Shown here: positions 43,788 to 52,205 of the stretch, piece by piece
Numbering within the stretch: position 1 is the stretch's first letter
Layout: the number at the start of each line of letters is the position of its first letter
Virus record (IMG/VR): IMGVR_UViG_3300022929_000034
Coordinates: 1-54,446 of that record
Length of the DNA stretch: 54,446 nucleotides
DNA from: a virus
Taxonomy: Duplodnaviria > Caudoviricetes
Reading direction: 5' to 3' (one strand)
Notes under the pieces: model-generated
What the model was told of the DNA's origin: nothing
What the model saw: the letters and a program-made list of their open reading frames with translations, nothing else
Databases searched by the model: none
Position numbers and translations under genes: made by a program

Positions 43788-44477
43788 TTAGAAGTTAGGG
43801 TTTTTCTTTGCGGGCTTGTGGGTCGACACACCGCACGCAGCGAGGCTGATTTTGCCACCCTTGGCGTACTGTTTTACCGCGCCGCCTTTTTTCATCGGCC
43901 CCGGTCTATCGTCGTACGTTGACCGGTATCGTTGAGAAACCGCTTTATTTTCTGGGCTGAGGGTATCAAACGTGCTTAACGGAGGTTCTTTTTCACGGTT
44001 AAATGTTGGAAAAAGACCGTCTTCGCTAAATTCTTTTTTAAGTACCGCTCCAACTACGGGACGGGCCATTTTCAACGCTCGGATAGCAGGGTTCAGTGAA
44101 GCCAACCCCAAACCCGCCTCAAGAACAGCTTCTTTGTCTACGTCCTTGTAGATGTCAACATCACGTCCTTGGTCCACCAATGAACGTGCTCTTAGTTTAG
44201 GGGTTTCATCTTTGGAATATGTGGCCCCTTGGGTTGTAACGGGCGCACCGATAGACCTGCTCATGCTTGGCAAAGCATCCGTGCTTGTCTGAATGTCTTC
44301 TGCCTTTTTTGAGCTTTCGCCCGGGTCTTTCCTGCGAACCAGACCCTTGTCCATGTTCAGCAGGTCGCGCAAAGTTTTGTCGTTGCCGTATTGCTTTTGA
44401 AAATCGGCAAGCTCCTTTGCGGAGACCTTAGCCTTCCCGTTTACGACTTCACGATCTGGGTTTGGTGTATACGCCAT
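43788..44477 (-). CDS. Putative internal head protein with C-terminal KKGG/AKGG tag
   Basis: Ends MKKGGAVKQYAKGGKISLAACGVSTHKPAKKNPNF. Confidence 0.7.
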   Translation of the reverse strand: MAYTPNPDREVVNGKAKVSAKELADFQKQYGNDKTLRDLLNMDKGLVRRKDPGESSKKAEDIQTSTDALPSMSRSIGAPVTTQGATYSKDETPKLRARSLVDQGRDVDIYKDVDKEAVLEAGLGLASLNPAIRALKMARPVVGAVLKKEFSEDGLFPTFNREKEPPLSTFDTLSPENKAVSQRYRSTYDDRPGPMKKGGAVKQYAKGGKISLAACGVSTHKPAKKNPNF

Positions 44478-44486
44478 GCTTGTTAC

Positions 44487-44852
44487 TTACCAATTTGATT
44501 TTTTCTTGCTGGGCGTGCAGGTAGACACCTTGCAGTCCTTTAGGCTGATAGCGCCGCCTTTAGCTTTTATTAAGGGGGTTTGACGCACCTGAGCCGCCTG
44601 CCTACGTGCCCGCATTCCTTGAGCGGTATCGTCTTGCGTAAACCCAGCTTCTTGCTCCTGAGCTTTGGTCACATCATTAAACCCTTGGTCGGTTGTGGCA
44701 TCAAATTTTGCCTTCAGACGGTTGTACGTATCCGCGTCTTGCAACTCGGTTCTTTTTTGAGAACCCAAGTTGGTGTAAAAATACTGCGGTTGGCCGGTAG
44801 CCTTATTTACCTCAGTGGTAAAACTATATTGCGGTGCGTAATCATCAGCCAT
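44487..44852 (-). CDS. Putative internal head protein with C-terminal AKGG tag
   Basis: Ends KAKGGAISLKDCKVSTCTPSKKKSNW. Confidence 0.7.
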   Translation of the reverse strand: MADDYAPQYSFTTEVNKATGQPQYFYTNLGSQKRTELQDADTYNRLKAKFDATTDQGFNDVTKAQEQEAGFTQDDTAQGMRARRQAAQVRQTPLIKAKGGAISLKDCKVSTCTPSKKKSNW

Positions 44853-44861
44853 GGTTACTCC

Positions 44862-45113
44862 TTACCAGCCGGGACAGTTCCAGCGTTGCATAGATGCCCG
44901 TGAACGGCTTCCTTTTTCGCTCTTCTCGGCGACAGGACCCATGCGGGCACAGAATGAGTCGCGCCGGGCACCGCCTTGCGGTTGAGGTGCTTTCAGATGC
45001 GATCCGGTTTCACTGTTGTACTTTGCTCGGCCTTTGGCTGTGAGCCCTGCGCCTTGCTTGGCAGGCAGCTTTTCACCACGACCGATAGCCAAAGACGGGT
45101 TCTTTTTTGCCAT
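44862..45113 (-). CDS. Small basic protein of the 'RR.SFCARM' phage family
   Basis: GLTAKGRAKYN..TGS.LKAP...RRDSFCARM...RWNC. Confidence 0.75.
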   Translation of the reverse strand: MAKKNPSLAIGRGEKLPAKQGAGLTAKGRAKYNSETGSHLKAPQPQGGARRDSFCARMGPVAEKSEKGSRSRASMQRWNCPGW

Positions 45114-45116
45114 GAT

Positions 45117-45566
45117 TCACCAGCAAGACTTTGTGGCCTTGCCGCCTGTTTTCATTTTGGCGGTTTTTGCTGATTGCTTGAAGGCGTCAGCAGTTGGCGC
45201 ACCTTTGCTACCAGCTCTGCGCATTTTTTCGCCAGAGCCTGCAGCAATTCGCTTACGTTTTGCTTGAATGTTGGCATACAAGCCACCTTCTTTCATTTTA
45301 TTGGCCGAAAATAATTTTTCCACAATTTGCACCCGCTCAGGTTTGGTTGTTGCGTGACTGACAATTTTCAAACGCTCTGGTTTGCTCTTGCCCTCTTCGT
45401 AGAACCCGGCTTTTTTCAAAGACTGGACTACCCCGCCATTTTTCATTTTGTCGGCCTTGACAAACTCTTTGCCGACCTTCTGCGGAACGCCACCAAACCC
45501 GCCCTTGGTGTGGGCTGCGGCCTCCATCAGGCGGTGTTGGGCTGGTGACTTGCTTGGCATGGTCAA
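45117..45566 (-). CDS. Basic multi-module protein punctuated by MKxGG motifs
   Basis: MPSKS..Q.R.M.A module, MKNGG, insert, MKEGG, GLYANI.AKR.RI..GSGEKMR module, MKTGG. Confidence 0.75.
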   Translation of the reverse strand: MTMPSKSPAQHRLMEAAAHTKGGFGGVPQKVGKEFVKADKMKNGGVVQSLKKAGFYEEGKSKPERLKIVSHATTKPERVQIVEKLFSANKMKEGGLYANIQAKRKRIAAGSGEKMRRAGSKGAPTADAFKQSAKTAKMKTGGKATKSCW

Positions 45567-45973
45567 CTAGCGTAATGCTTTTGCATTTCCAGCACCACGG
45601 TGTATGCATCGCCTGCGCTACCGTCAAACGTAGTGAAAGAAATACTTCCTGTCTTGCCTGTACCAGCGTTGTTGGTGAGACCGCCAATTTTGGAATAGTC
45701 TTGCGTATACTGACTGTTCTGCGGAATGAGTTCAATCACCACGGGCGCAGTAGCGACCCAGTTCATCTGCACTTCCAACCCGTGGGTCAACGCCGTAACC
45801 TTCAGAATAGTCACCGCGTCACAAGCCCCGCCAGCAGCAGATGCCGTCAGAGTCGAAGGATTTACCTTGACGACGGCTGACTCGTTTTCGGTCGCGCTCA
45901 TGGTCGCGTAAAACTTCATGATGGCAATGCGCTCACCATCAAAAAGCGTTTGAGAGGTAGCCGTTATAGCCAT
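45563..45973 (-). CDS. Hypothetical virion protein
   Basis: MAITATSQTLFDGER...; GGAG RBS before ATG 45973. Confidence 0.75.
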   Translation of the reverse strand: MAITATSQTLFDGERIAIMKFYATMSATENESAVVKVNPSTLTASAAGGACDAVTILKVTALTHGLEVQMNWVATAPVVIELIPQNSQYTQDYSKIGGLTNNAGTGKTGSISFTTFDGSAGDAYTVVLEMQKHYAS

Positions 45974-45981
45974 AAAAATCT

Positions 45982-46010
45982 CCAAAGAAAGCGGGGGCCG
46001 AAGCCCCCAC
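45982..46010 (-). terminator. Rho-independent terminator
   Basis: GUGGGGGC-UUCG-GCCCCCGC-UUUCUUU. Confidence 0.8.
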
Positions 46011-46016
46011 TTGTTT

Positions 46017-47255
46017 TTAGCAAGCGCGCCCGCCTGTTTTGCGGGTCATTGTGGGGTTTACAAAGCCCCGTCCTGCCCCGGCATTTGGCCGGATGCCAAG
46101 CAGCCGTTTGACAGAGTCCATCACCGGAGTAGCTTCGTTCTCACGACGGGTGACGTCTTTTTCAGCCTCCCGACGACGAGCTTCCCGCTCAACAGTAGGA
46201 TCATACCCATCATCCGCCGTGGGCATGCCGCCCTCAGCCTTATGGACTACCTTGCCGCCCTTTTTAAAGGTGCCGGACTGCAGGCTGTTGGCCACCGGCC
46301 GCGAGACCGGCTTGCGAGGCATTGCTACGGCGTGGCCAGCGTTGTTAACACTGCCCCCCGTAGCGAAATGCTTTTTTGCAGCACCGCCTTTTTTGTAGCC
46401 GCCGCCGTTGCCTTCTTTGACGCCGCCAGTGGTGGTGTTGGTCTTGCCGGGAGGAGTACCGTCAGCCGGGCGATTTTCCCAGTTGACTTCGCCGCCCTTC
46501 TTGAACCCACCAGCGTTGGCCATACGCACGCCGCCAGTGCCGCTTGCGCCATCTTTCTTGGCTTGGTAGACTTTGGTGGTCTTGTACGAGCCCGACGAGG
46601 TTTCTGAGGGGATGGAGCCGCCGGTGGCGTAGCCAGCCGGTTTGCCCATCTTGACCTCGCCAGTGCCGTGCGCCTTGTCGGTTTTGTCGCCGTCAACCAC
46701 CTTGGTCGTGCCGCCTTTGCGCAGCTTCAGCTTGGTGCCCTTGCCGCCCATGTGCTCTTGCATGTCGTGCTGCTTGAAAGCCTTCTTGATCATGGCCTTG
46801 TCTTGGCCCATGTCACCGCCTTTTGCCATGCCGCCTTTTTTCATGGCCGGGGCCATGGGGGCTGCCATAGGGGCTGCGGGAGCCGCCATTCCGGGACGCA
46901 TAGCGCCACGTTGGGCCATCATGCGCATCATGAGCGCCTTCTTCATAGCGGGGCTCATCATTGCGCCAGCGCCCATGGGAGCGCCCATAGGGGCACCCAT
47001 CATGCCGCCGTCAGCCTTTTTGGCCACGCCGCCCTTTTTGGACATCAGCATGGGTGCCTTCATGGACTTGCGACGCTCCATGATGGAAGGCTTCTTGGGA
47101 GACTTGCCGGGAGGGGCAAATTTACCGTCAGCCGCTTCCATCGGCATGGTGCTCTTCATGGCGGAGTGGCCAGCAACATGGCCGCCTTTTTTGAGCTTCA
47201 GCTCAACTGTAGGCTCAGTGGTCATCATTTTGACCATTGGTTTGAATTGGCCCAT
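46017..47255 (-). CDS. Lys/Gly/Met-rich core protein with about 13 xxxGG motifs
   Basis: 412 aa low-complexity basic protein; AAGGAG RBS. Confidence 0.8.
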   Translation of the reverse strand: MGQFKPMVKMMTTEPTVELKLKKGGHVAGHSAMKSTMPMEAADGKFAPPGKSPKKPSIMERRKSMKAPMLMSKKGGVAKKADGGMMGAPMGAPMGAGAMMSPAMKKALMMRMMAQRGAMRPGMAAPAAPMAAPMAPAMKKGGMAKGGDMGQDKAMIKKAFKQHDMQEHMGGKGTKLKLRKGGTTKVVDGDKTDKAHGTGEVKMGKPAGYATGGSIPSETSSGSYKTTKVYQAKKDGASGTGGVRMANAGGFKKGGEVNWENRPADGTPPGKTNTTTGGVKEGNGGGYKKGGAAKKHFATGGSVNNAGHAVAMPRKPVSRPVANSLQSGTFKKGGKVVHKAEGGMPTADDGYDPTVEREARRREAEKDVTRRENEATPVMDSVKRLLGIRPNAGAGRGFVNPTMTRKTGGRAC

Positions 47256-47265
47256 GATTTACTCC

Positions 47266-48228
47266 TTATGCTTGAGTGACGCCGAGGGCACCAACGCGGG
47301 TTGCGTTGGGTCCAACTGCAATGCCGGGAAGCGAGATGGCCATCACGGTGCGGCAGATGCCGTCCGAAGCCGTAGCGGGCACGTAGGTGCCGCGAACGTC
47401 GCCGGTAGTGGTAGTCGCCACAGCGGTGTCGGCAGCCACAAACGTGCCAGCATCTTGTGCCAGTGTGTCGTTGCTCTTGACGCTGGCAATGTAACCCGCG
47501 TTGAACACGCGGACCGGCAAACCCAGCTTATCGCTCGTGCCAACCAAGCAGGCGGTAGCAGAACCGGCGATGGTCACGCCAGAGATCTGGAAGAAGGCTT
47601 TCTTACCAGTTACGGCCGTACCAGCAACTGACACGGTGATCACTTCGCTCATGGTCTGACCGTAGTAGTCGTAGCCAGATACAGTGAATGCACGGGCGGT
47701 GGTCGAGCAGTTGACCTTAATCGCACGAGGCAGATCCACTTGGATTACCGTAACACCGTCAGGACGGATAACCGACTTGGCAGAAGTCCCCGCAGTCAAA
47801 GTCAATGATCCAGCAGCAGCAGCAGTTTGCGATGCCGCAATGTTGTTGGTGACGGCAGCTTGGGGCATGACATCCCAGATGTACATACGGCCAACTGGGC
47901 CAATGCCCAAGTCCATGGGGGATGGGTCATCAAATTGGATGTTGCCGTGGGCGTACATCGCGGTGCTGGAGGCCGTAACCGACTGGTTGATGGTGTAGGT
48001 GCCAAGGCCGCCAGTACCCGTGCCAAAGGCCGTGATGTACGTGCCATCAGTCACGCTGGAGCCGTCAACGTACATACCCACAACAATGGGAGCACCTTGA
48101 CCAAGGACGGATACCGTCAGGGTCGTGCCGGACATTGCGCCGGTGAAGGTGGTGGTGTAGGGGCGAATGCCCGTGCCCATGTATGTCTGGGCCGGACCTA
48201 GAAACAAGTCATCTGAAAATTGAGGCAT
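47266..48228 (-). CDS. Putative capsid decoration / minor capsid protein
   Basis: Follows the MCP; T/A/G-rich beta protein; [19 protein letters not shown]. Confidence 0.65.
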   Translation of the reverse strand: MPQFSDDLFLGPAQTYMGTGIRPYTTTFTGAMSGTTLTVSVLGQGAPIVVGMYVDGSSVTDGTYITAFGTGTGGLGTYTINQSVTASSTAMYAHGNIQFDDPSPMDLGIGPVGRMYIWDVMPQAAVTNNIAASQTAAAAGSLTLTAGTSAKSVIRPDGVTVIQVDLPRAIKVNCSTTARAFTVSGYDYYGQTMSEVITVSVAGTAVTGKKAFFQISGVTIAGSATACLVGTSDKLGLPVRVFNAGYIASVKSNDTLAQDAGTFVAADTAVATTTTGDVRGTYVPATASDGICRTVMAISLPGIAVGPNATRVGALGVTQA

Positions 48229-48259
48229 GGTCTGCTCCTTGAAAAGTTTGACCGATGTT

Positions 48260-48291
48260 AAAAATGGTGGGAGGGGTTGGGGCCCCCTCCC
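48260..48291 (-). terminator. Terminator after the major capsid gene
   Basis: GGGAGGGG/CCCCUCCC stem followed by ACCAUUUUU. Confidence 0.65.
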
Positions 48292-48305
48292 GAGCCCTTT
48301 GGCAA

Positions 48306-49220
48306 TTAAATGCCAGCAGTACCAAACATCGCACGTGGGTCGGTGAACCCGGGGATGTAACGCTCGGTTGCTTTGTAGCGCATGGAGTCGGTCTCAAAAT
48401 CGCCTTCCATGGTCTTCTCCAGACGACGACGCATCAAGAGCTTCATGCCCTCGGGTGCATCGGTCTGCACGAAGAACGCACTGGCATTGGTCAGACGCGA
48501 CAGAACAGCAGCGCCTTCGTCCAGCAAGCCGATGGATTTCACCGGGTTGATGTCGTTGTTGGCGTTGCCGGTGCGCAAGACCGACTTCAGCAGAACTTCG
48601 GCTTGGAAGATGTTGCCGGGGGCGACCACCAATTGGCGGGGCACCAGACGGATCTTCTTGCCGTTGTTGTCCACAGCTTGGCGGATCTGAATCAGCATCT
48701 GCTCAAGCGATGTCTGGCTCAGGTTAGCCGAGGTGGCAAGCTGGTTGCTGAAGGTGCCGTTCACGATGGGGTGAGCGGTACTGATCAGCGGCACGCCATC
48801 ACCACCGGGGTAGCTGGAGTTGAAACCGGTGTTCAGGATGTTCGCGCAGAGCAGCTCTTTGGTTTCCACCAACGACTGTGCCAAGTGACGTGCGTACACC
48901 TGACCCAGACGGATGTGGTCGCCGTCTTCCACGAGGACCTTGGTCAGGGCAAAAGCCAGACCGTAGACCTTGTAGACGTAGCGCTGCAAGAAGAGCACGC
49001 CGCCCTGTTGGTACGTGACGGGGGTGCCGTCAGGCAACTGGGGAGCCGCGCCGAAGCCGTACAGGACGGGCTCTTCGTGGTAGTTACGGGGGATACCGTC
49101 TTCCTCGCGGAAGACACGTGACCATTCATCTGCGCGCTGGTCATAAACGCCATCGAAACATTCGTTCAAGATTGGTTCAACAATCGAACGAAAGTCCGTA
49201 CTTCTCATTGGTGCGGCCAT
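48306..49220 (-). CDS. Major capsid protein (Mu gpT-like)
   Basis: 304 aa; GFG.AP...[12 protein letters not shown]....ED, DGV.L.S.AHP, P..LVV.P, DFET...RYKA.ERY..G..DPR...G. Confidence 0.88.
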   Translation of the reverse strand: MAAPMRSTDFRSIVEPILNECFDGVYDQRADEWSRVFREEDGIPRNYHEEPVLYGFGAAPQLPDGTPVTYQQGGVLFLQRYVYKVYGLAFALTKVLVEDGDHIRLGQVYARHLAQSLVETKELLCANILNTGFNSSYPGGDGVPLISTAHPIVNGTFSNQLATSANLSQTSLEQMLIQIRQAVDNNGKKIRLVPRQLVVAPGNIFQAEVLLKSVLRTGNANNDINPVKSIGLLDEGAAVLSRLTNASAFFVQTDAPEGMKLLMRRRLEKTMEGDFETDSMRYKATERYIPGFTDPRAMFGTAGI

Positions 49221-49233
49221 TTTTTATGCCTCC

Positions 49234-49806
49234 TTAGATTGCGTTGATGGTGGCAACAAACTGCGACCGGCTGATTTGCACCTGCACGGTTGTGTAGGCG
49301 TCACCCCAAGCGTTATCCACGCCTTGGTACAGACCAATGATGCGCATATCGCCCACGGCGCTAGAACCAGCCAGCGTTGTGGAGATGGTTGCGGCAGACA
49401 GGCCAGTGGTGGTGGAGCCAGCAGTGATGTTGGTGAAGTTAGCCTGATCTCCGATGGAGGTCTGAGCCAACGAGCCATCAGCTTGGATGTCGTACACGAT
49501 GTTGGGGTCGCTGTAGTAATAAGCTACGCACGAACCAGTGATGTACGCGGTGGATGCGGGCCAGTAATTGGACACGCGGCGACGGCCAGTGGTATCAGTC
49601 CACTCCACACCAGCAAACGCGCCTTGGTAGGCGCTGCCAGCAGTGGCGACGATAATCACGCCGGAGCTGTTCAGGGCTACCGGTTGACCTTTCAAAATAT
49701 TCGACGAATACGTCGACAGAATACCGTCCGTCAGCGCCACAGCCCGATCCAGTCCCGAAGGATGGAAAGAAGGACGCAAACCAAACGGAGTAGAGGTTGC
49801 ACTCAT
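49234..49806 (-). CDS. Putative capsid cement/decoration protein
   Basis: PFGLRP...I.KG.PV...G.F.GVE.TD..G...DPN..Y.IQ; immediately upstream of the MCP. Confidence 0.65.
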   Translation of the reverse strand: MSATSTPFGLRPSFHPSGLDRAVALTDGILSTYSSNILKGQPVALNSSGVIIVATAGSAYQGAFAGVEWTDTTGRRRVSNYWPASTAYITGSCVAYYYSDPNIVYDIQADGSLAQTSIGDQANFTNITAGSTTTGLSAATISTTLAGSSAVGDMRIIGLYQGVDNAWGDAYTTVQVQISRSQFVATINAI

Positions 49807-49821
49807 ATAAAACTCCTTGAA

Positions 49822-50370
49822 TTAACCGGTAAAAACCGGCGCTCGGTTGGGTTGCTGCGCAAAGTTCCCCAAACCGTCACCCTCAACTCCAACCAGCGAT
49901 TTCCCGCGACTGTCCCGTGCGCCCTGTAGATTTTCCACTTGAACGCGGATTTTTTCTTCCTCGTCCTGTGGCATATCGTGGTGCATGTGCGTCATGATCT
50001 CTTGGAAGACATCCATCGGCAGTTTGAACAGCAACATCTCGTTGCATGATATGAAGCCAACATGCTCACCGGATTTCACGCGATATTCTTCGTAACCGGG
50101 TATCTCTTCAGACTTAACTGGAACGTACCCGAGGCGCATCCGTTTATCGATGGAATCGTAGCTGTTGGTTGTTGAGAGCCAGCAAAGATGCCAACCGTCA
50201 AGGTTGGGCAATTTGGGCAATGCGGATTGTGTCCATTCTTCGCTCCACATCTTGCGACGTTCCTGCGTTGAGATGAACTTTTCTTCAGGGGCTGCCCGGC
50301 TGCCGTCCTCGTTTGCACGAGTTTCGCGCGTACCGGTTCCTAGAGATTTTTTGAGACGTGATTCGGCCAT
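49822..50370 (-). CDS. Conserved head-module protein
   Basis: LP..P..DGWH..W...R...GY.PV...LL.K.P. Confidence 0.7.
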   Translation of the reverse strand: MAESRLKKSLGTGTRETRANEDGSRAAPEEKFISTQERRKMWSEEWTQSALPKLPNLDGWHLCWLSTTNSYDSIDKRMRLGYVPVKSEEIPGYEEYRVKSGEHVGFISCNEMLLFKLPMDVFQEIMTHMHHDMPQDEEEKIRVQVENLQGARDSRGKSLVGVEGDGLGNFAQQPNRAPVFTG

Positions 50371-50372
50371 GA

Positions 50373-51332
50373 TTAGTTACTCCGTTGGGTTGTTCGTGCT
50401 TGCTCTGCGTATCGCTTGATCATCTTTGCGCGCTTTTCGGGGTTGTCCCACATGCCCGCGTCCTTCATCGCACGCACTTGTTCAGCGGTGAGAGTGAAAG
50501 TACGGTTTGTGCCCCCGTATGCGGCTGATGCTTCGCGTCCTGAGCTTCCCACGGTGTTCCTTGGAGTCCTGTTAGGTGAATCACGTCGGTCTGACGATTC
50601 ATTATACCTATGGGGAAGCCGTTTCTGCAAGCGGGAGTCCAATTCGTCCCAATAATCGGCCGTTCCGGGGTTCCAGCCCTCTTTTACAAGGTCCTCGTCA
50701 ATCACTTTGGCGATCCGGCTGTCGGTGTCGGACAGATCGGGCTTGTACCAGCCGTTTCGGTCGATCCACTGGGCGGCGTGACGCTGTACACCGGGGTCAA
50801 TCCGGGGTCTGTCGTCCGTTGGGCGGTCTGCTTGGTGCTTTAGGCGGCCCAACTGCTCCACTTTTTGCCGGGCGTCGTACAGGGCCTCCTGAGCGGCCAC
50901 TGCGGCTTCCCCGTCGCCTGCTGTGGTGGCCTCGGCCAGCTTCATCCGGTGGTATTCCACCCGAACCTGCTCGTCGTCAATAGCTTTTTCCAATCTAGCC
51001 ATGTCCGCGCCCTGCGTGCGACGCTCAACTTGGGACAGCCGGTTGGCCATTTCCTCGTTCTGGCGTTGCAGGTGCTGCAGGCGGACGTCTTTTTCCTCGT
51101 TGGTCTTGCGAATCAGGTCCTTTTTGGACCGGCGACGGGCGCGTCGGGCGGCCCGAACGGCGTCCGAATCGTCCGGGTGGTCCTCGTCCCCTGCATCGTC
51201 GCGTGTATCGTTACGCGATACAGGTTCATCATTGTCGTCGTGGGGCAGCAGGTTTTCCGGCAGCTCGACTGTGGCGGTGCCGTCACCGCTTTCCTGCACG
51301 AACAACGGTTCTTCTTTAGCTTGTGTGGCCAT
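50373..51332 (-). CDS. Scaffolding protein
   Basis: Acidic N-terminus, coiled coil, W...N.WY, Y..ELD.RL...P, LT..Q... Confidence 0.75.
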   Translation of the reverse strand: MATQAKEEPLFVQESGDGTATVELPENLLPHDDNDEPVSRNDTRDDAGDEDHPDDSDAVRAARRARRRSKKDLIRKTNEEKDVRLQHLQRQNEEMANRLSQVERRTQGADMARLEKAIDDEQVRVEYHRMKLAEATTAGDGEAAVAAQEALYDARQKVEQLGRLKHQADRPTDDRPRIDPGVQRHAAQWIDRNGWYKPDLSDTDSRIAKVIDEDLVKEGWNPGTADYWDELDSRLQKRLPHRYNESSDRRDSPNRTPRNTVGSSGREASAAYGGTNRTFTLTAEQVRAMKDAGMWDNPEKRAKMIKRYAEQARTTQRSN

Positions 51333-51341
51333 GGTATCTCC

Positions 51342-51797
51342 TTAGACGTAGGCTTTGAACGACAACGGGTTGTCGGTGACCTTGGCGATCAGCTCGTGAT
51401 CGTTGATGGTCATGAATAGGACTGGATTCAGGTCGCCGTTTTCCTCGTTGGTGGCTGGCCGCTCCCAGCGGTCTCCGCCCCAACGCGGCACGCGGACATA
51501 GTCCCCGACTTCCGCCCAGCTTCCTTCAGGCCACGACGCCATGGTGTCCTTGTTCTTGAACGCCAGCGGGCCAATGGACACGACCTTGCCGATCATGTTG
51601 TTCCATTTTTCGTTTTCCTTGGTTTCTTCCACCAAGATGATCTTGCCTGCGTTCTTTTTGATGCGACGTAGCTGGACGACTACTCGGCCACCGTAGGGCG
51701 CTTGGCCCGGTCGCACGTCAGGAAATGCCCACGCCAGCTCTGCCGGGTCGGCCTCCGTCTGATCCCCGCTCACCACGGGGATTGGTTTTTCACTCAT
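51342..51797 (-). CDS. groES: GroES-like co-chaperonin
   Basis: P.GGRVVV...GKIILVEET...GKVVSIGPLAF...W.EVGDYV...INDHELIA.V. Confidence 0.85.
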   Translation of the reverse strand: MSEKPIPVVSGDQTEADPAELAWAFPDVRPGQAPYGGRVVVQLRRIKKNAGKIILVEETKENEKWNNMIGKVVSIGPLAFKNKDTMASWPEGSWAEVGDYVRVPRWGGDRWERPATNEENGDLNPVLFMTINDHELIAKVTDNPLSFKAYV

Positions 51798-51816
51798 ACT
51801 AACTCCTAGTTACACA

Positions 51817-51873
51817 AACCATATTTCAGGTTCAACATGCGCATATTTCAGCGCGGCTTAGGGCCTCGCGGCC
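51817..51873 (-). promoter_or_regulatory. Three tandem RNA hairpins in the groES/head operon leader
   Basis: GGCC-GCGA-GGCC, GCGC-UGAAAUAU-GCGC, AACC-UGAAAUAU-GGUU. Confidence 0.6.
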
Positions 51874-52044
51874 TTATTCGTTCTCGGCGAGTTTTGAGTT
51901 CAAGCTATCCATTACCCACTGCAGGCCCTGATACTCGCCAACCAGCCGGTTGTACGCGTCATAGTGGCCCACAGGGTTATCCACCAGCGACAGCCGGATC
52001 TCGGCTTGCCGCTGTTTAAGCATATGGATTAGGTCTGATATCAC
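51874..52044 (-). CDS. Small hypothetical protein (not in the ORF track)
   Basis: GTG start; MISDLIHMLKQRQAEI...YNRLVGEYQGL. Confidence 0.7.
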   Translation of the reverse strand: MISDLIHMLKQRQAEIRLSLVDNPVGHYDAYNRLVGEYQGLQWVMDSLNSKLAENE

Positions 52045-52205
52045 TTATTCTTCTTAGCAACGTGGCTCAGGCCACCGGCTGGTTTGGCCGAGGACTTGCT
52101 GTCGCCCTTGGCTTGCATGGTCTGGCCCGTAAGGGGCACGCCCATAGCCATACGCTTGTGCTGGGGCACTAGCACGCTCTTTTGTTCTGCATCACTGGTT
52201 GCCAT
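52041..52205 (-). CDS. Small basic hypothetical protein (not in the ORF track)
   Basis: AAGGAG RBS; MATSDAEQKSVLVPQHKRMAMG...KPAGGLSHVAKKNK. Confidence 0.7.
   Translation of the reverse strand: MATSDAEQKSVLVPQHKRMAMGVPLTGQTMQAKGDSKSSAKPAGGLSHVAKKNK

Noticed and set aside
48995-49015. YQQGGV in the capsid protein (and GYEGGV in PolA) as tags
   Set aside because: Single imperfect matches inside folded conserved domains; likely chance.
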